Source: Ramazzottius varieornatus (lineage: Eukaryota > Animalia > Tardigrada). From it: a DNA stretch of 64,000 bases. Of the stretch, positions 51,311 through 62,694 are shown piece by piece. The stretch is taken from contig BDGG01000003.1 of assembly GCA_001949185.1 (NCBI GenBank), forward strand, positions 3,703,158-3,767,157, in the 5' to 3' direction. The stretch's first letter is position 1; the number at the start of each line of letters is the position of its first letter. The notes below the pieces were generated by a model. That model worked only from the letters and a program-made list of their open reading frames with translations. It was not told where the DNA came from and did no database searches. Both the position numbers and the translations under genes were made by a program.

Positions 51311-52869
51311 ATGAAGTCTTCCCAGTCGTACCATGAGTTTCTTTCCAGCAGCTTCTCCCCAGCAGCTTCTCCCAGCTGTCCACCTCCTCCATACGACCAT
51401 GATTCTCCTGGGGCGAAGGACACTCCCGCCAGTGAGCGTGGAGGAACTTTAGGCCTCGCTTGTGTCGATCTCATCCCCATCTGCATCAGTCCGGGCTCCT
51501 GCTCTGTTTCAGGGGCTCCCGCTCAAGAACCCAAGTTCGAGGACTTCCGCGTTGTAGTGCAGCACGACGATCACTGGCTCTAGTCAAATCGGACTCTGGA
51601 AGTTCGTACCTGCGAAACAGTAGAATTTTACATCAGACCAAGCGGCGAAATCTCCAGTTTGGTGGAGTTCCTAACCAAAGTGTCGCCACACTCCGCAAGC
51701 CAATATGTGCGAGCCCTACGCTTGAGGATGCGACCACGGCCAGATGGCGCCGTCATCGTCCAGCAAACTGGTCACTAGGACAGGTTACCAACAACCACTA
51801 AACATGCTGCGACTGTTACGGACAAGCTGGATAATCCGATTACGATCACTAACACTCTTTTTCTGGCAAATTCTGTAAAAGGAAGAGTTGTTTCAATCGA
51901 GACGCCGCAGTCGAAAATCGAGAAAGGAGAGATACCTCCGCATAATACAGTCTGGTGGAAAAAGGCCGTACCGAAGAATATCACGCTGATATGCTTCGGA
52001 TACATTTCATGAATGTACCACCGGCTTACGAAACCACTGGAATGATAGACATTTTACCTGGTAATCCCACTTTTGAAACCATTCCCATGTTGTTTGATAC
52101 AGTCGATTCGTGAATTGCACTGCATCAGCCACCGGGTCTCCGTCCCACCAGCATCCTCACGCTACTCTGGAAAATTGAACGAAGAAGAATACGGACACAT
52201 TCATGAAAATGTTGTATTGGGAGGGAACCGTGGATCGATTCCCTGTTAGACATCTTCGTCTGGTTTACGTCCTTTCCAACAGCGGTCCGGTGCAACCGGC
52301 CTCTCCACATCGTCACATAACTTCCAGGCTTGTCGTGCCTCGGTTACTTCCTGGTTCCGCCTACGGGGAATTCTACGAAAATCAGCCCGAAGTAAGTAAA
52401 GACCAATCGGAACGTCGGCAAATGACTTGGACATGATCGTTTTCCTAAGCGGCGCACACTCTTAACCAATAACAAGGAACCAAAGCACCGCTTGAAATAA
52501 AGATTATGCGCAATTCATTTGTCGACGTCCCAATTATGACAAAGACCAACGTTCGTGGATTGTTACTGACGGCAGCCTATTTTCAGGTACGAAGCTAGAT
52601 GGATGACTGGATCAGAGCAACAACTGCCAGAGTAAATCGCCGTCGACACCATCCGTAGGAATATCTGTACCGGCGCGGAACAGGTGGCAGTACAGGATAC
52701 CATGCACGCATGGGCTAGCATTACTTGTGACGCTGCCAGCAGTCATGGACGTCAACATGCACCGGAAAAATATTTGACACTGTACCGGGTGCACCTGGAC
52801 GGCGCCTATTCCGAACCTCCAGGCACAGGGTTCCGGATGAGTTCCGCAGGGCGCGGGAGGACCAAATAG
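51311..52869 (+). pseudogene. Four-repeat family copy B (multiple stops and frameshifts)
   Basis: PPPPY, EPKFEDF..HWL*..EVRTCETVEF, QYVRALRL, PPAYETTGM, EKYLTLYRVHLDGAYSEPPG; same intron position, with a MITE in that intron. Confidence 0.88.
52410..52532. mobile_element. MITE family A copy (intron of copy B)
   Basis: AACGTCGGCAAATGACTTGGACATGATCGTT..AAGCGGCGCAC..TTCATTTGTCGACGTCCC. Confidence 0.7.
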
Positions 52870-54055
52870 GGCTGTAACGATTAATCGTACATTCATCCAG
52901 CCACACTGGTCCGAATCACAAAGTTTCTGGCTAACAGGCTCTGTCGAATTTGGTAGTCTCAGTGGTGGTACTTCAGAAAAACTCGATACTCTGGTCGCCA
53001 GAACCAACTACCTTTTCGCGACGAACCCCGTACCAGGAAGGATGATTACTATTGAGACCGTAACGTTACAGGTGAAACCTGGATCTGTGCAGCCTGATAT
53101 CACTACTTGGTCAGAAAGAGGAGGTTTCCTCGAGTCTTACACTCAAATGTTACGGATTTTCTTCGTGGTAAGACCACCTGCTTATAATTCTATCGGGCTA
53201 GCTGACTTCGTGCCTGCGGTTAGTGACAATGGATCTTACCGTGTTCCTCGAGTCGAGAGGTTCCTCGTGGTGTTGGACAAAGTCAACGCGTGGCTGACGC
53301 AGCAGCGACCGTCGGGTTTCCGTCTGACCAATATTCAGACGCTACTCTACAAACAAAACTGGTCTGAGAATATGGATACCTTACAGATGCTGTATGTGGA
53401 AGGCGATATTTACCCGTTTTATGCGCGGTACATTCGAGTGGCTTTTGTAGTGTCCCGTAAGCCTTCGTTACCGTCCAGCCCGTCGAATGTTCGTGGACCA
53501 CTAACGACCAAACTCTTCGTTCCGGAAATGCTGGGGACTCCGGGCTGTTGTAATCCAGGAACCTTCGAAAACCAAATACAGGTAAGAAAAGATACTGAAG
53601 CAGACATGCGTTTTGAAGCCTCGGTTCAGCTAAGGATTACCTTTTTAGTTACGGCAGCGACTGGATGAGTGGATGAAAGCTACAGCTGCCAAGGTTGTCG
53701 GGATCGAACCCTTTCGATGAGGATATTCAGCGGTGCGGAGTTCGCGGGAGGTTTCGATACGATGTATACGTGGAACGGATGGGGATTCCGAATGCAGCAT
53801 GGCGGACGACGTATTCTTCGACATCACCAACATCACCCTCACATGGGACATTATCCCCATCACCAAGTCCATACTTCAACCATGTATCCGCGAAGAGTCA
53901 CCGAGTGGTTTCTCACGCTGTACCGAGTATACCTGGACGGAGCTTTCCAGGATCCTCCTGGTTTTTCACAGTCGGCATCGATAGAAGACTACATGAGAAG
54001 GCGAGCCAATTTTTATTGCGGCTGCTGTTGCTGCTGCTACTGTACCATATTATAG
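52841..54055 (+). pseudogene. Four-repeat family copy C (lacks repeat 1; 1-nt frameshift near 53708)
   Basis: SEKLDTLVARTN..GRMITIETV..ADFVP..LFVPEMLGTPGCC; intron 53582..53648; LRQRLDEWMKATAAKVVGIE then a frameshift to TLSMRIFSG; ends CGCCCCCYCTIL. Confidence 0.75.
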
Positions 54056-54850
54056 ATGTCCAGACCTGGAAAGAGCAACATGTCTGATCAAATACTTCCT
54101 TTCGTGTCCTTTCTTCTAAGATCGCTGAAGCTGCGAACTACTGGATGGTGATTTCAGCCCCACGACAGCTTTCAACAACAGATCACTTTGAAGATAGTTC
54201 TAGGATTTGAAGAGCTAGTTACCGCAGAGTTCGACCTTGCCGAGATGTCTGCGATCGGATCCGAAATCGGAAATCCAGGCCGTCCCCGTCTTAGATCCTA
54301 CTTCTGTTCGGTAAATCCGTCGCGAATCTCGTCTTCAGCCCTCTGCGGTATCTCCCAGTCGCTTGCCAAAGCTACAAGAGCTGGATCTAGCTGTGTACAT
54401 CATGGAGTTGTAAGATCGAGTTAACGCACCGAATAACGTGATTGTCTACTGGTCGAGAGGACAAAGCAATAAGATCTAGGACAATCGATGCGACAGGTCA
54501 AAAGCCTACAGAACCAAAACAAAGTCTGTCCGGAAGTCAGGCAAGTGACGTCACAAAGGAAGCATTGTGGTTTGCAAGCACTGATTTACGAGTTGGCGGA
54601 GGGGCTGATTGAATAAATTTTTGATTCGATTGCGATTTTGCGAAAAGATCGTTCTGCAGCTTCGGCTTGACAACTTCAGGCGTGAGAGTTAAGAGCTGGC
54701 GTCATCTTCCTCTAGCTTCCGGACCATCTTGGCGGCGTCATCCTTTCGGGTGGAACTTCGACGACGCTCGTTTGATGACCCAGGCGTGTTGTGCGGATTG
54801 CTCGGATTGGGAGGTGGACGAGCTTCACGGGTATCGAGGCATTGTGCGAG

Positions 54851-56118
54851 ATGTCAAATACGCAGCGATGGCTAACTCCCGACATCAAAGGATTCATCTT
54901 GGATATCTCCGGCGTGCTCTACAACAGCTCGGGCAGTGAAGGAGGCGAACCAGTTGAAGGATCCATAGAAGCTGTGCAGCTGCTGAGGCAGAACAAAGTC
55001 CCGTTCCGATGTTGCAGCAACGAGAGCACCGCTTCATGCGAACACCTCTGCAAGAAACTCGGACGCATCGGATTCGACATCCGGCCCGAAGAAGTCATCT
55101 GCCCTGCACCTGTTGCATATAGCCTTCTACGAGAACGGAATCTTAGACCGTATCTACTCGTTAAGGATGAAGTGCTTTCTGAGTTTGACGGACTTAACAC
55201 GACTAACCCCAACTGCGTTGTGATGGGTGCGTAATTCTGTCTCTTCCTATATTAATAAGGTAAACCATGCCTTACAAAACGAAGTTCTGATGCCCTATGG
55301 TGTGTATCGGATGTTGACGTTTCCGTTTGGTTTTTTTGTAGGTGACGCACAGGACAAATTTTCTTATGAGAATCTGAACCGCGCTTTCTCAGTCCTCATC
55401 AACTCCCCAAAGCCGGTTCTTATATCTATGGGCTGTGGCCGATACTATAAGGAAACCGACGGGATGAAGATTGACGTTGGAGCTTACGCTAAGTATGAAG
55501 CCACGTCGAAGACGAAAGATCTGAGAGCTTAGCGGACAAATGCAGTCAGATCGGTTCCTCAAGGGGTGCACGTGTTCTTTAGTACGAGGAGCGAGGTCTC
55601 ACTTTGCTCATTGTACAACTTTGTTCATCTTCGTCACGTGTACGTCACAATTAAGGCCTATAAAGCCTGCGCTTAACTCGTGACGTATGGTGCGTAAAGT
55701 TGTACGCCGAGCAAAGTAAGACCTTGCTCCTCGTACCGGTACCGTTTTGGTTGGAAGCTGCGCTTTTTGGGAGAACGATCCAGTATCAATGATATCGATA
55801 TTGTTCTTTTTGCTTTTCAGAGGTTTGGAGTACGCCGCGGGAATCAAAGCCGAGTACTTGGGGAAACCCAACCCGTCCTTTTTTGGTTTGGCGGTCGAGC
55901 TGCTGAAGCTGAAGCCGAGCGACTGCGTGATGATCGGTGATGATATACTGAACGACGTGGGAGGCTCGCAGAAAGCTGGCCTGAAGGGGGTTCTCGTACG
56001 GTCGGGGAAATACCGGAAAGACGACGAAAAGAGACCGGATGTCGAACCGGACGGCGTCGTCGATAATTTGCTAGATGCTGTAAAGCAATACTTGAATTTC
56101 AAAGCGACGAGTGCATGA
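54851..56118 (+). CDS. LHPP: Phospholysine phosphohistidine inorganic pyrophosphate phosphatase (HAD IIA)
   Basis: ILDISGVLY, CSNES, PNCVVMG|DA, GRYYKETDG..DVGAY, GKPNPSFF, MIGDDILNDVGG, VRSGKYR; three exons. Confidence 0.92.
55585..55733. mobile_element. Mariner-type MITE in LHPP intron 2
   Basis: TA|CGAGGAGCGAGGTCTCACTTTGCTC..GTACAACTTT ... AAAGTTGTAC..GAGCAAAGTAAGACCTTGCTCCTCG|TA. Confidence 0.82.
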
Positions 56119-56556
56119 TTTCTTAATTATTACTACATTTTCCATGCAGTTTCGAAGAACTGTTCGGTGGTTTTGGATAATGCTCTTCGGAGAATGCCTC
56201 CGTAATGAGTTACAATCTTGTCAGTTTCCGGCGCCGTGCCTTCATGGTGGTCGGACTGCGTTATGCTCGATGCAGTGGTGGTCATGTCTCCCGGACCCGC
56301 CATCAAACTTTCGAATAACGCGTTTGAAACAGATAAGTTCGTTGTCGCATCCGGCTTCGGACTTTTGACTTCACCATAATTGAAATTCATCGCGGTTATT
56401 GCATTCATTTGCCCAAAGGCCGAGTTGGTGGCTTTTATAGTGAACAAATGGCTTTTAAAATCAGGTAGACATTCTGACACCAAGCATTTTCACTCTATCC
56501 GGAAAACAGTGATTTGTTTGTGGGACGCTTTTCGCGGTACTGTCATCACCACGGCC

Positions 56557-57060
56557 ATGGCTGGAATATACGCGCTGGTTCTCTTCTTCGTTGTGGGCTT
56601 TGTTTCCGGTAAGAGTCGCGCGTTGTCGGAATCCCGCTGATAGATGCCATGGTTATTTATAAAGTGCGTCCCGATGCCCGAAAATATTTGCAGCTGCCAA
56701 CAAGAACCAAGCGTGCAGCGGAGTTCAGGACTGCAAGGATGCCGGGCTGACTTGCCAGGGAGGCATCTGCAGGTGCTGGATCGAACAAGCGTTCAACGTG
56801 GCCTTGACCTGGGTGAGTTAAAATTACTAAAATTGTTCCACGAGTACCTGTCAAATCCGTTTCTCTTTCAGGCCTGTGATTTTGATCAAACATGTCAGAC
56901 TTTGTTCCCGGGACACGTGAGTTTTCTAGCACATTTGAATATATTTGCGAACGTCGAAGGTTGATCAACGATCTTTTACTTGTAGGTGTGTCGACCTAGT
57001 TTCCAATGCTCGCAGTTCCCCAACAAAAAGGGGTACTGCCAGCCCATCTCTTCCCTGTAA
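56557..57060 (+). CDS. Orphan secreted 10-Cys peptide (96 aa)
   Basis: join(56557..56608,56694..56812,56872..56916,56986..57060). Good Kozak context, signal peptide, canonical splice sites in consistent phase, AATAAA overlapping the stop. Confidence 0.82.
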
Positions 57061-57212
57061 ATAAAAACTCGACGTTTGATTTGTATTTTGTTAGATAGAC
57101 AGACGATTGGCACAAACTACAGCTTTCGTTGCAATTTCGTAAAACGCAATTTCGGTTTTTGAAGTTTCATAACCGCTGGCCGTCGAACGTGCCTAAAGCT
57201 AACTGCAGCAAG

Positions 57213-59065
57213 TTAACTGAGAATCAAAAGCTCTTTCAGTAAAACAGATATGATTTTGACGTTCAAACTGTTTCCGACAAGGCGCCAGCAAACCTTGTTG
57301 GTCATATGCGCCGGAAAACCTGCAACGTAAAGGATTGTAAAATCGAACATTCATCATTTGTACATTCAACACATGCGCTCATACGGACATGTTGCAGCAT
57401 AAGAGAGTCTAAAAACGGCAGTCTTACGAAAACTATTGGGAAAACCCATGAGCAAAGCCACCTCGACCGGAGTGAAGTATCGTAACTTCATTGCAGCAAC
57501 GCAGGTTCTTCTCTCTTCGGTAGTATCGGCGGCCACGTATTTCCGACAAAGTACCTCAAACTTCAACAGGAAACACAAAGGTTACAGCATACGTTCATAA
57601 AACATCGCGCTGTTGGCTCGGTAATACCTCTTGTTCCGATAGCGGGCAGAACACAGAGCCAGCTCCTTTGAGATAGCGCCCATAGCTAGAAGAGTACGTA
57701 CTGACAACAGTACTGTGACAAATATACCGACTCGCATTCCAAATCATTCAACCTATTATAACGTCAAGAAATTCCTACTTGCTAGTGAAGCAGTTGGTGG
57801 TATCGCTTTCGGGATGCTTTACATCCATGACCATCAAGTATTTCTCACAAGTCTCAATCGGGACAGCAAACGACGCTTGAAGGTTCACTTCCGGGTTCCC
57901 CCAAGGTTGTCCATCAAGCAAGTATTCTTGTAGCGTCTTTCGCGGCGAACTATTGCCGGTAGATCTCAACGTCCGCTCCATCAAGGGTTGGTAGGGACCA
58001 AAGTATTCGGGAGCAGCAGCGTGGCCCGGAATGACTAACTTTCCTGTAAGGTAGTATCGAAGTCGGGAATTTGGATAGCCGAAGTCGACAGGATTGAGGA
58101 GGTACTCCTGCGATACGTTAAAGCCATACTTAGTCCGCTAATAAACAGATAGATTTATCAGTAAACATTCACTATGGAAGGCTCACCGTTAACATGTAAC
58201 CGCGCTTTCTCATCACAGCAATGAACCGGGAATGAGCATCAGATGTTTCGAAACCTTGAACATTTTCCATCACAATGTGCTGCGGCACGCGATCCAGCCT
58301 ACACAAGGGTCCTCGGGTGATAAAGGACCTTCATCCCAGTAGTCTGATGGGGCTATTTGATCGTTATACAGACCACAAATCCAGTCTGCTTACCGTTCCA
58401 GTCTTTCGAGGATATGCAAGAAGGACTCGCACCGGAAGTCCAGTACATCGCGACCATTTCCATTCCTGCAACAAAACTATTTTGCCCTGCAGTCATCTTT
58501 CAAATGAAACATAGTATTCGCGAATGGAAATATCGGCCATACATTTTCATACGGAATTTACTTGGAGTATTTCGTAGTACCTGCCTACCTGGTGAAGGGC
58601 TGACATGGCGGACTCATAGTAAGCAACCATACGTCAAATTCCTCATCCCGTAGGGCCTATTTGGAAATGCCCGAGCTAAGTCCTGTCAACCAAAGAGCCA
58701 CAAACGAATCCGGTATCACACAACAGAGCTGCGACGTACCCGTACGTCGACGTTCTTCGAGTGCTCGCCGGGAAAGTTGTAATCGTAGACTTCTTTGGCA
58801 TGCGGGCTGATGTCTACTGCTGTGACGGAAATCGCTGCAGGTGATCTCCTCGTAGATCCATCATCCTGCTGTATGCGCGAAACATAACCTGATAATGCAC
58901 ACTCCGCATGAAACAGTCACCAAATCTTTCTTTGCTGTCCCGGAAAATTTCGTGCCTCTAGCACACTCAGTCCTGCTAGCACATACCTTCCAGTCCGAAA
59001 CGCATGCCCCCAATTCCCGCATACAACTCCAAGATACGTATCCTTTGATCCGCGGTTCGCATCAT
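57213..59065 (-). CDS. TRDMT1: tRNA (cytosine-38-C5)-methyltransferase DNMT2
   Basis: LELYAGIGGM (motif I), MSPPCQPFTR (IV), MENVQGFE (VI), PNSRLRYY (VIII), CFT..YGRY (TRD), LRYFTPVEVALLMGFP (IX), LVGNSLNV (X). Confidence 0.95.
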
Positions 59066-59613
59066 GCTTGTCCCGAACCTTGAGCTTATGGGCGACGGCA
59101 AAATTCCGCAAAGAAACTGGACTCTGTCACTCCGTTATACCCTAGAGGTCGGAAATCAGACTCACAAAACAGTGTTCCTTGAGGTAAACCCTTCATCTAC
59201 AGAATGCTGAGTAATGATATTTTATGTAGAGTTATGATGAGCTGGATGTGACATGTGCATATGACGCACGAGGCTACATCGCTCTGCCTACTTGTTAGCG
59301 AAACGCAGGCAGTCGGCCGCTTAAACCCGTGTTCACGCTCCAGCAAGGCCATATTTCAGAGCCCTGCTAGTGATGACTGTGATCAGTGTGATGTTCTAAT
59401 ATGGGAAAACCTGGCTTACTAAGTATTACCAAAAGAATATTCTTGACCTTGCCCGGTTCTAATAAAATATCACAGTAGTAGATCGTTCTGTCACTTGATA
59501 AGATATTACCATAGTAAACGTTTTCAAAATTCCATATTAGAATATATTTTAATACTCTGATGTCAAATTTGTGGCGTCTGAATCAAGTTGATATCGACAG
59601 CAACACAGGCACG

Positions 59614-59742
59614 TTTGGGCCGTGGGCAAGCGAACGGACCAGATTGTTGTTCCAGACCGGGCGCGTTTCGCTGCTGATTTAGCTGAAAATGTGCGCACTT
59701 CCGGAAACGATCTGGTTCGGGCTGTTTAGCTCACCTGTCCAT
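59614..59742. mobile_element. MITE family A copy
   Basis: TTGGGCCGTGGGCAAG..CCAGATTGTT..AATGTGCGCACTTCCGGAAACGATCTGGTTC. Confidence 0.65.
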
Positions 59743-62694
59743 GTCCTATTTATGCGGCGCCTCGCGGTTCTCTTCGTGCAAACTGCCGTATGGTGGTTAA
59801 TGCTGCTGCGAAGCCGCACGACGAGAACCAGCAAACGATCAATCAGCCAATCAGGCGTTTAGGTAGGAGTTGAAAAGTAGAATCAGTGGTGTCAAGTGCA
59901 TGACGCAGATTGTTTCTCGAGCAAAAACCACAGTACTACTTTATTTTAATACTGTGGATCTTTCATTTACTTTTACTAAAATATCAGGCGTTTCGTACAG
60001 ACTTGATATAATGAAATATTAAATTTTTCTCACGAAAGCATCTAATATTATATAATATACTGTAGTAGATGCAAAAAGCATCTACCATCAGTTACTTTAC
60101 TATAATATTGCGAGAGCTCCGCCCAAAAGGCTAGCCTTCCAGCGGAGCTTAGAATGCATCATAGACCGTTTGAGTCATCGAAGAAAGCCGTTCTAGCATT
60201 CTAAGCCCTTAAATTGGGAAAACTAAGGCAGGCGTGAGTCTATGGCGGAAAAATCAAAGGATGGGACTGCAGGTTGATTCACTTGTGGTGTGACTCAACT
60301 GGGTTGAGTTCGTACGTGATTGTGGTACGTTGAATGCTGTTCGTGCTGTCTGATATTCGGCGTCCATATTTGCGGTTGTTCATGCGGTTTAGGTGTGAGT
60401 GGAGTTGTTGGGGCTTGGGTTTCATGATAACCAGTATGTGTTGTTGAATTTCATTCAGGTTTGAGCTTCAGTTTTCGGGTGAGTAGTTGGGAAATATGAG
60501 TGTTTTGTGCTCCGAAGGGATATCAGTGAGATGTCTGGGAGAAGCTTGTTGTGTGTGGGTACGGTTACAGGTGGGGTGGGACCCGAAGGTTCTTGTCCTG
60601 TTTCCTGATGATACAGGAGACAGGGAGGACAGGTTGGGTGCGTTGAATACTGCGGTAAAGTTTTATGGTCAGCAGTACGCTTGTTCGGGTCATTTCGATC
60701 TATTGTGGATCAGTGGTAGTAGACAGGGAAAATTGATTCATGAAGCGGCTCCGTTGGTGTGATGAATTGTGTCAGTTAAAGGGTGGCTACAGCGAGGAAA
60801 TTGAGCCCTTAAAGGGTGGAGACAGCGAGACGGTTGAGTTTTCAAAGGGTCAAGAAAAAGATAGGCGATACACTCGGATGTCGATGGTATCACTTTAGTT
60901 GCCTGTTTTTCTGTCGTTTCTGCCGATTTTTGAGCTCAATGCTTCCGCCATCCTCTTCTTCTATTACACAACACTTTCGCGTTTCCGGCGTAGGGGCTCT
61001 TCTCACCCTTGCAGAACAGATTTTTGAAGAGTTGTATATCTGATCGTATCGATTTGGCCCACCGGGCGTTGGACAGCATACATAGAAAGAGTCTGAAAGA
61101 AGCTGTGTTCAAATCAAAATACCACGTTGGCATGATGAGTAAACGGCTATTAACAAACCTTCATGGTATTCCTTGTTTATCGATGTGGAAAGTGCTTGTG
61201 GATGCCGGCAAACGCTGTGTTCCGAACTTTTCTCAATATCTCTTGCTGCAGGCGCAGGTATTTTTCTCTCGCCGGCCATGAAATCCCCGACGTATAGCGC
61301 ACAATTAAAATCTGTGCAGTTATAGTCAGCGGAAGAGAAGTACATCACATAATCGACAATGCGCTCCGGAAGGATGGTTCGTGGAGCTGACAAATAATAC
61401 TGTCCGCCATCGTAAAAGGTTCTGTCCGGCTGAAACTTAAAATCATAGTAAGTGGTAGCGATATTGGCTCCACCGTCCTTATTTTGCAGGAAACAGCCAC
61501 GACTGAATCTTAAAATCCATAAAAGCGTGAACCCGTGTTGAGATTATGCGGTCGATTTTGAATGTATGGTTTACCGATACTGGACCTAGAGGAGTAACTG
61601 CCTTCGTCGAGACCGTCTTTGTACACCTAGGCTGTATGTGATATAAGTCCAGCAAAAGCGGCTGCCTCAAGCACGCGCATGCAGTTGCTCGGTGGTCAGA
61701 CAAACAAAGAGAACAGGGTTGGGCTATCAAGATGCGTCGCGACGGTCCTTCTTTATGCTTCCATCGTACTTCGTTCCTATTTTGATGACATTGTTCGTGT
61801 GTCTGCAGCCAAGCTTCGTACACGCGCGTGGCCTGATTATTGGCGGCGAACAAATTTCTGGCCACCGACCGAAGGCGGTATCTCCCGGCTTAACTGACGA
61901 TCAATCGAAGCGTTGCCGCTTTCGGTCTGTGGCCAAAATATTGTTTTCCATCCATAATTACGTTAGATGAGTGTACCTTTGATGAACGTGCATTTTGGGT
62001 TAAAAGGCACTACGAAGTGACAATTATAACTTGTTGGAAAACCAAAAAGCAAACATTGTAGAATCGAACCCAGCCCTCTTGTGCGGCAGTCGGCGCGTCA
62101 TCTTTATGGACAGTCCGTATCATGATGAAGCGGATTCTATGGCAAGTTGGTCTCAGATGGACGCGCGGTTCAGCAGCATTACAGTGGTCGTCTCAAACCA
62201 CTGACTCTTCACATCTTGGAAGCGATGATGTTACTCCAGTCTTAATTTACGAAGTTTATTGGCATTCTATATCACGATAATATTACTATCAGCTTTGCCG
62301 CATGATTAATAGTTCTTACCAAACGAGCGCGTATTCGCATCGCTGGTCATATAGTTGCGACTTGGTGTACGATCTGCCCGTTCACGGCTTTTGGTACTCC
62401 GACATTCTGGAGACTGTAGAAGGAGCAGCAGCGGTGACTTACGCGTTTCTGATGTCCATCAAGATCGGTCGGCGAATGTTCGAGTTCCGAGTCAGACCTC
62501 AACTGCTCGAAAATTTATTGGCCACCTCCCTCTCCCGCTTGAATCTTTAGAGCTTCGCTTCCGGAGCCCGATTTTCTTACGTAGAGATACTTTTGATATT
62601 CGGATCCCGGACTTTAAAGTAACGTCACGCCGATCAGGACGTAACGTCATGCTGGTGGTGGCGACTAAAGTTCCCAGACGTTCGAAAGTCGCGT

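Noticed and set aside
57213-59065. C5 methyltransferase as a restriction-modification or DNA methylation system
   Set aside because: The CFT motif, intron-rich structure and lack of extra domains identify an ordinary DNMT2/TRDMT1.
62055-62105. tRNA gene on the minus strand
   Set aside because: Only a B-box/T-arm-like piece; no A-box or cloverleaf.
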